A stretch of DNA of 64,000 nucleotides, taken from IMG/VR virus record IMGVR_UViG_3300025102_000019, positions 6,342 to 70,341 of that record; one strand, given 5' to 3'. The DNA is from a virus. The position numbers were made by a program, and so were the translations under genes. Shown here one piece after another: positions 1 through 9,900 of the stretch; position 1 is the first letter of the stretch, and each line of letters starts with the position of its first letter. Below the pieces are notes generated by a model. That model did no database searches and was not told the origin of the DNA. It saw only the letters and a program-made list of their open reading frames with translations.

Positions 1-2387
1 TCGGCATCATCTCCCTTGAAGAGTATCTGACCGAGCACATCGTCAGTAGCACCTGCCGTACCCTTGTCCAGTAGGAAGTTCATCACAGGACCGCTTGTGT
101 CGTTGAAGATGTGAGCAAGAGTCAGTTGAGGTGGAGTGTTATCCACAGAGGACTGGAAGTAAGCATCACCAGCAGACGAGTATATAGCATAGTTATTCGT
201 AGAGCCGCTCGCTGATAGTTGAAGGGCCTTGGATGTGGCTGAAGTCCCTCCAGCGGTATTGGTCTGCAACGCTGATATGTTGAGACCAGTGACAGAGACA
301 CCGTGTCCTGCGTTGTGTCCGTCTGCTACGTCTATCGCTTGTATCCTAGCACCTAGAACCTGACTCCCAACGCCAGACCCTATGTCTACATTCTGCCTTC
401 TGACGATGTGCAGGTGAGGGTCGCTCTCGCTTGAGGTGGTTTCACCTGAGCCAGACTGCTCGCCTAGCAGCATCTTGTGCCCGTCGAGAGTGGCCTTGGC
501 CTCGCCATCCAACTCAGTGGTCGTGCTGCCCATCGTGACTAGCCTGTTCTCTGATTGGTTGTTCAGGGCTGATATACTGCCACCTGACCCTGATACCCAA
601 GAGAGCGCACCAGTAGTCGTAGATTGCAGCACCTTGCTAGAACCGGACGGATATGCATCAGGTAGAGTGTAGATGCTGTTGGATGCCGCTAGTTGTGCTG
701 GAATGGTGAAACCTGTGAAGCGTGAAGTGCCTCCACTGTCCACCCCTTGGAACTTCAGTTGGACGGGATTGAATATGTGTGCTGACGTAGAGCCGTCAAC
801 AGTATCCCCCTTGTTACCCAAGAGTGTCACGTCACCGCCCTTCTCAATCTTGAAGACGCTCTGTGCGGCTACGAACGGGTTGAAGACGTTAGGTGCAGTG
901 GTTGATGAGTTCTTGTACCCTATGCTCTCGTATGCTTTTGGGTAGTATCCTATGGTGAAGTCACTCTGACCATTAAGCATGCGACCTATGGCCCAAGAGT
1001 CACCGGGGTCAGTGTTATTCCCCTCTCCTACAGTAAGGACCATTCCTTGACCTACCCCAGCCACGTCATCTGCGTTGTCTATGATTAGAGTGCCAGACAT
1101 CCCGCTGTAGTCGTTGTATTGACTGACGAAATCGTCTCCCCTCAAATCCGAAAAGAGTCTAGCCTCAGCATATGCTGCTGTGCTGCCGCCACTGGGACTT
1201 GTACCAACACCAGCACCAGCACCGCCATCCAAACCATCTACTTGGAATCTGGTTGTGCTTTGCAGTGCATTTACTCTGGAGATGTATCCAGTGTTTGTTG
1301 CCTTGAATATGGTGACTGTTGCGGCTGCTTGTCCAGAAGCACCTATTGTAGTTGTGTCTATATTACCTCCGTCTATGTTCACAGTGGGCATTGTTGCCAC
1401 ACCTGCTCCAGTTAATGTAAGCGCAGTAGTGAGAGAAGTGGGTGTTGAACCTGAACTTCCTCCACCACCTCCTACTTTGAAAACCATTTCTCCGCCGAGA
1501 ACGTTACCTGTGGAAGTACCTGCTTCAAAGATGAGGTCTTTACCAATTTGGTTAGTCCCTGAGGTTGGCGCTATTGATATCGTGTGGTTGGCAGAACCCT
1601 CGAATTGTATATCTTCTCCAATCTCTATTTGTTCAGCAGAAGTGTTGAACTTTATGTATGAGTTAGAACCCTCGGTGATGTTGAGAGCATCTGCTAGACT
1701 GTCTGTGAGAGTAATCTTGTTCAATGTAGTGTTCCCACCAAACACTATATCCAATCCTACCGCAGCATCATCGACGCTTATGCTGTCTGCGTTCAAGTCG
1801 CCTACGTTGGTGATGTTTCCCTCACTCATGTTGATGGAGGTGAACGTACCGGAGGTGAACGTACCAGCAGCAGGTGTAGTACCACCGACTATGCCGTCTA
1901 ACGGCCCTACGAATGCAGAAGAGGTGATTGACGTAGCCGCAGACACAGTACCTAAGTTGTGTATGTTGGTGCTGGCAAAGGTGCTGTCCTTGCCGAATGT
2001 TATCAGGCCCGAATCGGCTTCGTCACTACCGTTAGTGGTTGTGAACTTGAGGTAGGAATTACTTGCCTCTGTAATATCAAGAGCAGCAGCAACATTGTCC
2101 TTGATGCTGATTTTCATTGAATCAGCGCTGACATCAAGGTCGTCGGTATTGAATACTATTTTACCAGCGCCGTTTGGTGCAATCTTGATGTTGCCGTCAG
2201 TGGGTTGGGATGATATCTTGGATACGTTGGGTGTACCTGACACTGTGCTCAGGAGCAAACCGTCGGTCAGCCCTATCGTTCCAGCCGCTACTACCACGTT
2301 CCCTGTCGTCACAGCAACGCTAGTATTGTTACCTGCCGTACCATCGACTACCAATCCCTTCCTTACACGAAAATCCTTCTCTGTCAT
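1..2387 (-). CDS. tail fibre / receptor-binding protein (3' end runs off the window)
   Basis: Not in the ORF track because no stop lies inside the window. ATG at 2387 gives MTEKDFRVRKGLVVDGTAGNNTSVAVTTG..., and the same frame reads ...LLDKGTAGATDDVLGQILFKGDDA at base 3. G/T/S/N-rich beta-repeat composition with an internal repeat (AAALDITEASNSYLKF / ADALNITEGSNSYIKF). Directly follows another fibre gene. Confidence 0.8.
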   Translation of the reverse strand, partial: MTEKDFRVRKGLVVDGTAGNNTSVAVTTGNVVVAAGTIGLTDGLLLSTVSGTPNVSKISSQPTDGNIKIAPNGAGKIVFNTDDLDVSADSMKISIKDNVAAALDITEASNSYLKFTTTNGSDEADSGLITFGKDSTFASTNIHNLGTVSAATSITSSAFVGPLDGIVGGTTPAAGTFTSGTFTSINMSEGNITNVGDLNADSISVDDAAVGLDIVFGGNTTLNKITLTDSLADALNITEGSNSYIKFNTSAEQIEIGEDIQFEGSANHTISIAPTSGTNQIGKDLIFEAGTSTGNVLGGEMVFKVGGGGGSSGSTPTSLTTALTLTGAGVATMPTVNIDGGNIDTTTIGASGQAAATVTIFKATNTGYISRVNALQSTTRFQVDGLDGGAGAGVGTSPSGGSTAAYAEARLFSDLRGDDFVSQYNDYSGMSGTLIIDNADDVAGVGQGMVLTVGEGNNTDPGDSWAIGRMLNGQSDFTIGYYPKAYESIGYKNSSTTAPNVFNPFVAAQSVFKIEKGGDVTLLGNKGDTVDGSTSAHIFNPVQLKFQGVDSGGTSRFTGFTIPAQLAASNSIYTLPDAYPSGSSKVLQSTTTGALSWVSGSGGSISALNNQSENRLVTMGSTTTELDGEAKATLDGHKMLLGEQSGSGETTSSESDPHLHIVRRQNVDIGSGVGSQVLGARIQAIDVADGHNAGHGVSVTGLNISALQTNTAGGTSATSKALQLSASGSTNNYAIYSSAGDAYFQSSVDNTPPQLTLAHIFNDTSGPVMNFLLDKGTAGATDDVLGQILFKGDDA

Positions 2388-2399
2388 TCATTTACCCCC

Positions 2400-5186
2400 T
2401 TATGCTGCCATTCCTATCCATGCTATCTCTGTTGTGAAGTTCTTGTTCGCTCCGCCTATCTGGTTGTAGTTCAGAGTCAGCCTCACGTTGTCCCCGTTTA
2501 TGTCTATGGTGTGTGTGCCGACGACATCAGCACCGTGATTCACAGTGGCATATGCAGTCCTGTACACTGCACCACCATTCTGACCGTTGTGCGTGAATGC
2601 CACCTCTGTGAACTCGAAGGCAGTGTCATCGTCTGTCGTCTTCGTGGATATGAATAGTTTGCAGCCTCTGAACTGGGTTCTCGTGAAGAGCGTGTGTACT
2701 GCATTGGATGTAGTTGAGCCTGTGAGTGTGACGCTCTCAACACCCACCTTGTCTATCTGTAGTTGGGTGAGTGGTGTCGCTTGATTGATGCCCACCTTAT
2801 CCTCACTTACATCCACAAACAATGTGTTGGTGTCTATCGTCAAATCACCTGTACCTACTATCGTGGTAGCGGATACAGTTCCACCTGACATGTTGCCAGT
2901 GAGGTTGGCGCTTATCGTGGCTATTGTACCAGATATTGTGTTTGTATTGTCAGTTGCGTCAGTAAAGAAGGCGAAATTGCCAGCATCCTCGTCGTACCCG
3001 AAGAAGCCGAGTCTGGCTTGTGAATCATAGTACCTGAACAAGATTCCCTTGTCGAGGTTGTCATTGCTAGTGGGAGCAGTGTCACCACCCAGTGTGAGTA
3101 TAACGTCGTCTGTAGTCAGCGTGGTGCTGTTGACTGTAGTGGTAGTGCCGTTCACCGTGAGGTTACCTGTGACAACCACCTCACCGGCAAGCGTGGTCTT
3201 CTGTGCTGAATCTATAGTGAGGGCCGTGGTCAGCGATGTGCCGTTGTGGGTGCTCAGGATGAGTTTGCCCTTGGTGTCGTCGTTAGTGCCATGATGACTG
3301 CCCTGTATTTTGGCTAAATGTGCGTCTGCATGGTCAGCGAAGAAGATGTTACTTTCAGCAACACCATCGGTGTGCTCATCAACGGTATTCTGGAGTGTGA
3401 TTGCAGGACCGTTTCCAGATATATGCAAGGGAGACTGAGGTGATATTTCATTAATACCAAGAGAAGCAGCGCCGCCCAGTATGAGGTCATCCTGACTCTC
3501 ATCCCATAGCATGTAAGAGCCAGCAGTAGCACCGAAGAACTTGACATCGTAGCCAGTGTCATCCACACCTACATTCACAGGACCGTCTATGTCCAAGTTC
3601 GATGTCACGAAGAAGGTGTCAGTGGATGCATCCCAGTGTATGAACTTGGAAGCGGTATCCCCGAATGCCTTGAAGTCTATTCCGTAGTCATTCGCCCCTA
3701 GTACCAGTGAGCCGTTGGTAGCGTCGTCATGTGTCCACTTAGCGCCGACGTTATTGGCTGTGGCTGAGTGCAGCAGTAGGTCAGCACCGTTGCCAGAAAC
3801 ACCAACGTTGAGAGTATTACTAGCGAAAGTGAGGAGAGACTGTGCATCTAATTCTGTTGTAGTACTACCAACCGTCACCAACTCGTTCACACTTGCGTCG
3901 TTCAAGGCACTGACAGCACCAGTGCCGCTGGTTGATGCGTTGATGAGAACGGACCACTTGGGGTTGCTGCTGCTGTTGTTACGAATGATGATGGCACTTT
4001 GCCCACCAGTGATTTGGTAATTCAAAGCACTGCCACCAATTGTGTCGAAGTTGACTGGGTGACCGCTTGATGCGTTGGTGTTCCTGATGTACACTATCGA
4101 ACCGGGTGCGAACTCATTGCTGGTGTTGTCTGGGTTGAGTGTGCACCCAGAGGCGCTTGGTGCGATGATGAAGATGTTAGGACCGTCGTGCGTGAAGTGA
4201 TTGACACCAGAGGGCGTGCCTGTGTATATCCTGTCAGGAGCGAGCCTCAGTGTCTTTGCTGTGCCGTCTGACTCATGTGATGCGAAGAAGAGCACGTCAT
4301 CTCCTACGTCTCCCAGTCTAGTTCCACCACCGGTCACCTTGTCTGTGGAGTGTGACATCCATATCGCACCGAATGGTGAGTTGGAGAAGTCACCACCCTC
4401 TGTGTGTAGTGCATCTAGGTCAGTGTGGCTGTTGATTGAGTTGGCAGAGTCCTTGTTCTTCGGTATGCCCTTAGTAAGAGGAGTAATGAACATCGGTGAT
4501 GGTTTGAGAAAGACCCGCTTGTCGTTTATCTCTGTGATTCTTATGGCTAAGGTATTAGCAGCAGCGACCGTACCTGTCTCGAATATGGCTCTCACAGTTG
4601 CTAGGACTACAGTATCCTTGACCGATGTGTTAGTACCGTCATCTATGAGATAGGTGTTGGGTGATGAGGGGTACACACCAGTCCCAGTATCGACTAGACT
4701 GCTCTGTTGAAATCTGATGTGCTTGGTGCTACTAGAGTCATTGGCGTTCACGAATATGGTGAACAAGCACTCCTTGCCATTGGTCAGGGTATTGGTAGTT
4801 CCTGTTTTGTTGGTACTACCAGAAGTCAAGTCTATCGTGATGTCATCTGGAGTTCCATCAGTGTCGTAACCATCAGCGAACTCGTACATAGCCCCATCTA
4901 GTATCACATATCCACCTTGTATCTTGATTTGATGTGCGTTGGTGTCGTGCTTCGTCACTGCTCCGGGCAGGAAGTCCGGGTTGTTTCTGTTAGTGCCGCT
5001 GACTGCACCTCCCTCAAGCATGAGTATCCCATTGCCGTGTACGCCCTCCAATATGTTGGTGAATGATGCTGATAGTATCTGGTCGCCATCTCTCAGACCA
5101 TCAACTGCTCTTCCTAGACTTGCACTCAATGACGTGTTGTAGTTAGCCGCTGTATGTCCTGAAAGTGGATTGCCTGTCGTTCCCAT
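2400..5186 (-). CDS. tail fibre protein (928 aa)
   Basis: G/T/S/D-rich. Three related repeats (VGVDDTGYDVKFFGATAGSYMLWD, LGANDYGIDFKAFGDTASKFIHWD, VGVSGNGADLLLHSAT). The segment GNLTVNGTTTTVNSTTL and the C-terminal ...INGDNVRLTL domain are typical of phage fibres. Distal position in the tail module. Confidence 0.8.
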   Translation of the reverse strand: MGTTGNPLSGHTAANYNTSLSASLGRAVDGLRDGDQILSASFTNILEGVHGNGILMLEGGAVSGTNRNNPDFLPGAVTKHDTNAHQIKIQGGYVILDGAMYEFADGYDTDGTPDDITIDLTSGSTNKTGTTNTLTNGKECLFTIFVNANDSSSTKHIRFQQSSLVDTGTGVYPSSPNTYLIDDGTNTSVKDTVVLATVRAIFETGTVAAANTLAIRITEINDKRVFLKPSPMFITPLTKGIPKNKDSANSINSHTDLDALHTEGGDFSNSPFGAIWMSHSTDKVTGGGTRLGDVGDDVLFFASHESDGTAKTLRLAPDRIYTGTPSGVNHFTHDGPNIFIIAPSASGCTLNPDNTSNEFAPGSIVYIRNTNASSGHPVNFDTIGGSALNYQITGGQSAIIIRNNSSSNPKWSVLINASTSGTGAVSALNDASVNELVTVGSTTTELDAQSLLTFASNTLNVGVSGNGADLLLHSATANNVGAKWTHDDATNGSLVLGANDYGIDFKAFGDTASKFIHWDASTDTFFVTSNLDIDGPVNVGVDDTGYDVKFFGATAGSYMLWDESQDDLILGGAASLGINEISPQSPLHISGNGPAITLQNTVDEHTDGVAESNIFFADHADAHLAKIQGSHHGTNDDTKGKLILSTHNGTSLTTALTIDSAQKTTLAGEVVVTGNLTVNGTTTTVNSTTLTTDDVILTLGGDTAPTSNDNLDKGILFRYYDSQARLGFFGYDEDAGNFAFFTDATDNTNTISGTIATISANLTGNMSGGTVSATTIVGTGDLTIDTNTLFVDVSEDKVGINQATPLTQLQIDKVGVESVTLTGSTTSNAVHTLFTRTQFRGCKLFISTKTTDDDTAFEFTEVAFTHNGQNGGAVYRTAYATVNHGADVVGTHTIDINGDNVRLTLNYNQIGGANKNFTTEIAWIGMAA

Positions 5187-5530
5187 TACCTCACCTCTAT
5201 CAATAATTGAATCTTCACTTCATTTCCACTCGTCTTGGTCACCGGGCTTATCACATGTCGTGAGACAGGAACAAAATCGCTCGTGCCCCTCAACTGTATG
5301 AATACCTCCTTGAGGGGTTCGGAGAAAGAATGTTCCGTTCCGAGAGTACCCTCGACCATCAAAGTGGAGTCATCTATCACAGTCACCGTTGGTGTGATTG
5401 TGACAGCCGGTCTTCCAGCAGCACCGTCTGACGCTGTTGCAGGTGTGCCGTCGAATCCTAGTATCATCTCATTGATGTTAGACGCTATCGTATCTAGCAT
5501 CAATCTCTTCATGTAATCACTTGCTGGCAT
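5186..5530 (-). CDS. small baseplate/tail-tip protein
   Basis: 114 aa, beta-rich, overlaps both neighbours by one base, lies between the hub-like gene and the fibres. Confidence 0.55.
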   Translation of the reverse strand: MPASDYMKRLMLDTIASNINEMILGFDGTPATASDGAAGRPAVTITPTVTVIDDSTLMVEGTLGTEHSFSEPLKEVFIQLRGTSDFVPVSRHVISPVTKTSGNEVKIQLLIEVR

Positions 5531-6966
5531 TACTCTCCACCTCTTACGCTCACTTCGCTAAACTTAGACATTCCAATCACCTTAGTAGTCCCTGCTTTCC
5601 CTATAGTGGCCCTCCCAGCAGCCTTGCCGATTGCAAACTTGGAATTGAGGCTTTCTACAACTCTTACGGTTATTATGGGAATAGTGGATATTTCAAATGA
5701 TGAGAACAGAGATAGATTTCTCTCGACCTGTTGGCTTATCGTATCCGGGTTGTCACCCGAAGATGATGATACCATACCCTCACTGATACCTTGTAATACA
5801 CCTTCTATACCAGTCTGCACTGATATGAAGTTCATGTCTGATAGTCTGGATGACAGGGTGTGTCTGGACTCTGTGATTAGTTTCTTCTCCCCCTTGTAGG
5901 ATACGACCTTTCCGGGTCTCAAGTCCCAAGCGTCTGGGTGACCGCTGCTTCTCAATGAGCCTTGCTCTAGGGAGTTGGCCTTCAATATCTGTCTAGCGAC
6001 TTTCTTAGCAGCAGCGTTGGTCTTCACTGTTGCATCGAAGATTGGTGTGACTGTCTCCTGCACATCAGTGTCGAACTTGCCCTGTTGTCTCTCAGCATCA
6101 TCAACTATGACTGATGCGCTCTCGTTCTTTGCTAAGGGCACACCTTGTATTGATATTCTGTTCTCGTTGTGCGAGGACGGGTTGGTTTCTTCGTTACCTT
6201 GTCTTAGAGTCTCATCAAGGAATCTAGTGGCTGTCGTGAATGTGAATGGTGTGTACATCAGATTGGCGAATCTGTCGAAGTGAATGATGTTGCCATCATG
6301 ACGTGAGGTGAACTTCAACGCTGATATGAGAGTCACATTGTAGAAGTCTTCTGCTAGGAACTTGCTGGTGTGCTTTCTCCTAGCGCTGTTAGTGTTGGCT
6401 GCGTGTCTCAACGAGCCTATCTGCACAGACGTTAGAGTGGATGCTATATCTGTTCCCAGTTTCATTGCCAAATCGCTGGTTCTTAAACCAACATCAATAG
6501 GGTCTCCTAGGTGAACTGTTCCACCTTGGAAGCCTATGTCTTTGAGGCTTCTTCCCTTCATGTTCTTCAAGTTGATTCTGACTCCTTGGTTAGATGATTC
6601 TGCTGTAGATAAGGTGAGTCTGTCAGATGTATCTTCACCGTTGTACATCAACGTAGGTAGGGTCGAGGTGGTTGATATCACACCACTCTCATAGAATGGT
6701 GCTGATGTGCTGGTATGTCCGGGCACACTAACATGTGAGAGTTGCACTGATGCTTCACCCTCAACCAACTCGTACCTCTTCTCGCTGAATACGTTGTATG
6801 TAGCGTTGTTCCTGTTCTCTATGGTCACCTTGTGTTTGTAATCTGCTTGTGATTCAACTAGAGCGTGGTGCACCGCATTGTCTACGAACACTGGTTTCCT
6901 GACATGTTTCATCGCCTCGTTCACTGTGTCAGTGAACTTACCTGTGCTCGCTAGTAGTTTGGTCAT
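5530..6966 (-). CDS. putative baseplate hub / tail-tip protein
   Basis: 478 aa. The C-terminal pattern (AKKVARQILKAN...WDLRPGKVVSY...ITESRH) resembles hub proteins. Position in the tail module. Confidence 0.5.
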   Translation of the reverse strand: MTKLLASTGKFTDTVNEAMKHVRKPVFVDNAVHHALVESQADYKHKVTIENRNNATYNVFSEKRYELVEGEASVQLSHVSVPGHTSTSAPFYESGVISTTSTLPTLMYNGEDTSDRLTLSTAESSNQGVRINLKNMKGRSLKDIGFQGGTVHLGDPIDVGLRTSDLAMKLGTDIASTLTSVQIGSLRHAANTNSARRKHTSKFLAEDFYNVTLISALKFTSRHDGNIIHFDRFANLMYTPFTFTTATRFLDETLRQGNEETNPSSHNENRISIQGVPLAKNESASVIVDDAERQQGKFDTDVQETVTPIFDATVKTNAAAKKVARQILKANSLEQGSLRSSGHPDAWDLRPGKVVSYKGEKKLITESRHTLSSRLSDMNFISVQTGIEGVLQGISEGMVSSSSGDNPDTISQQVERNLSLFSSFEISTIPIITVRVVESLNSKFAIGKAAGRATIGKAGTTKVIGMSKFSEVSVRGGE

Positions 6967-9900
6967 GCTGCATCACCACTGTGGTCACTCACGTTGAAAG
7001 ACACATCACCTTTGTGCCCCTTAGGGTGTAGAGACTGGCTGAATCTAGGTTTGACGCTGTAGTCCAGTCTTCTCACTATCTGGTTGGATTCATCTATCTG
7101 CCTTCTTCTAGATGCATCTGCTCTGTAGTGCTGTAGGGTGTTCTCGCTCATTATCATCCTAGTCACTGGGCTTGTGATTGTGGTCTTGTCGAAACCTGTA
7201 GCCTCTGTTCCCAGTATCTTAGGACCTTTGGATGTGGGTGTGCTGGCGCTGCTGTTGCTGATGTACACCACAGGTACGTATGGTCCGTTGGCATCTGGTG
7301 CTGCGCTTCTTGGGAAGTTGCCTGTCGCCACTCTAGGTGTGGGTGTCTCATATGTGAACAGACCGTACTTACCACCAGCGGATGCCCTGAAGAAGTTGGA
7401 TGAGGGTTGTGGTGTGTTGCCTGCCACGGATGGTACTGGTCTGAACATCTCCACATGCTGCTTGTCTAACACACGGACGGGTCGTAGCAACCACTTCACG
7501 CTCTGGTCCTTCTGGTTGTTCTTCACAGTGTTCCTGCTGAACTCCGTACTCTGATACGGGTTCGTGGTCTTTGCACCACCAGATAGGCTATCTAACCCCC
7601 ACCCTGTGTCATCGAAGAAAGAGCCGTAACTCTTGGTCTCCAACACGTAACTACCACCCAATGGGTTGACGTTGCTGGTATGGCTGAACCTGAGCACGTT
7701 GTTTATGTTACTGTTGAACACCGGTGAGGTTAGGTCCAAGTCACCTAGTGATTGGCTGTTTGCTATTAGAGCACCGTGAAGCACCGTCCTCTGTCCAACC
7801 CCTCTGTCAGTGTGCAGGCTGTGTGCTTCGGTGTTGATAGCGATGTGGTCCTTCTCAAGTCCCTCCATGTTATCAGCGTCAATGCCTATTCTAGGAGTGC
7901 TCCTGCTGATTGCATCCTTGTGTGGTGACACACCTACAATCTCCTCTACCCTGTCACTAACCACTGCGTCTGGCTTGAGTAATCCGTCTTCTGCTATCTC
8001 CAGTCTGGCGCTGATTCCCCTTGGAATCTCATCGGCTTGCAGTACATCGTTACGGGGGCGTAACAAGCCCGTTACGGCTGGTGGTTCTGCTGTGTTGTGA
8101 CTCAGTACTACACCAGTGGAGTGCACAGGTTCTGACAACTCTGTGAGAATGTCCTCGTTGAATTGACTAGGATATCTCACTCCTCTGCCGTTACCCATGT
8201 CCCCTACACGCATTGAGTGTGTAGGTGCAAACACATCGACTAATTCTGTGGTGCTGCCACTAAGTGACTGAGTACCACCCAGTCTAGGTACATTGCTACT
8301 GCTTCTTTCTCCTGAGGAATCAATCACACCAAGCACATCGAATACTGGTCTACCATTGTTGAATATCCTAGCGTGAGGCGACCTGTTGTTGGTTCTGTCA
8401 TACTCGTATGCATCTCCGCAGTCCCATGCTGGGCGAATACCGAATCCACGCACTGGAGCACGCCTTACGTCCTCTCCACGCTCGTTGCCCCACCAATCTA
8501 CCAGATAGTACTGGGCGGCCTCTGTGAGGCTGTATACTCCTTTTCCAAATCTTCTGTCTCCCCACCAGTCACCAATTTGATTGCTGTTCGCTATGAGTGT
8601 CCTCAGTGGTGCACCGAACGGTCTAGTCATCCTTCTGCCATCGCTGTACCTCACTTGATACTCAGGCCTGTCTGCTGCGAGCATACCGGCGAAGTTGGTC
8701 TGCCTCTCCATGATACCGACGTATGTTGTTGATAGAGGAACGCTAGACTGCGACCCATCTCCACCTATGTATTCCCATGTTGATGCAGGCATCTGTACCA
8801 ATGGCCCTGCAACGTAATCAGTAGTGTACTGCGTCTCTGATGAGTTGTCGTCCTCTAGTTTGCCTCTACCGGGCAGTATACCGTATGTTGGTTTGTTGTA
8901 CACCTGTCTCAGGGATATTCTCCATCCGTATGAGTAACGGTTGTCAGTGTGCGAACTACTCATCGTATCGAACGTGATACCACTGCTGGCCATGTTGTAA
9001 CTTGAGTTAGCGACATCCTCATCTTTCCAGAAGTAGAAGTCGTTTGCAGCGTATTTACGGGGTATTGACCATGATACGCTCGCTTCTGTGTATAGGTCCA
9101 AACGGCTCACCAGAGGCCCACCACGGCTACCGCACGGCCAGAACTTGCTGTACATCACCTTCTGGCTATCCAGTGTAGTACCACCTTGTGCCTCGTATCC
9201 AGAAAGTGCCTCTATTGCCGCTCCTGTGGCTGAAGCCCCTGTTTTCGTGTCTGGGTTAGCAGACTTAATCCTCAGTGATAGAGGTCCTAGGCTCATCGCA
9301 TATACCGAATCATGGTAGTGTATGCTCTCGAAATGCTCAGGTAGGCTGTTGTATGGCTTCTTGTCCACTGCTCTATCACTGGTTGGGTTGTTGAAAGTAC
9401 GTGAACTATCTGAGTAGAATGTATATGGTCTTCCCAAATTACTATTCCACATACATAGATATGCATCAGGTATATGTAAATTAGTTGTATCTCTAGTACC
9501 TTTTTCTAATTGTGAAAGTACTTTTGTAAATATACTACTATTAGTATCTGTAAATACATTCTTGGAACTGTATATGTCATACGGTTGTGATAATCTAATT
9601 GTAACATCGAGTCCTGCTGCTAAATCAGTAGTTATACTGTCCCAAAATGGCCCAGAAACAACGTTTGACTGTAGTTTATCTGGTTTGTTTATTGCATTTA
9701 ATTGCAATCCTGAGCGTCTTGTGTATGCTAGTGTCTGTCTAATACCATTAGAATCTGTATATTCCAGTACTTCTGAGTATTGTGGAGTCTCTGGGAATCT
9801 ACTTGCATCATCTACAGTAATTGTTCTGAGACCATTTGCTGCACTTTCAATACTTTTTACTATACATTTTGGATTTAGAGATGTATTTTGTAATATATGT

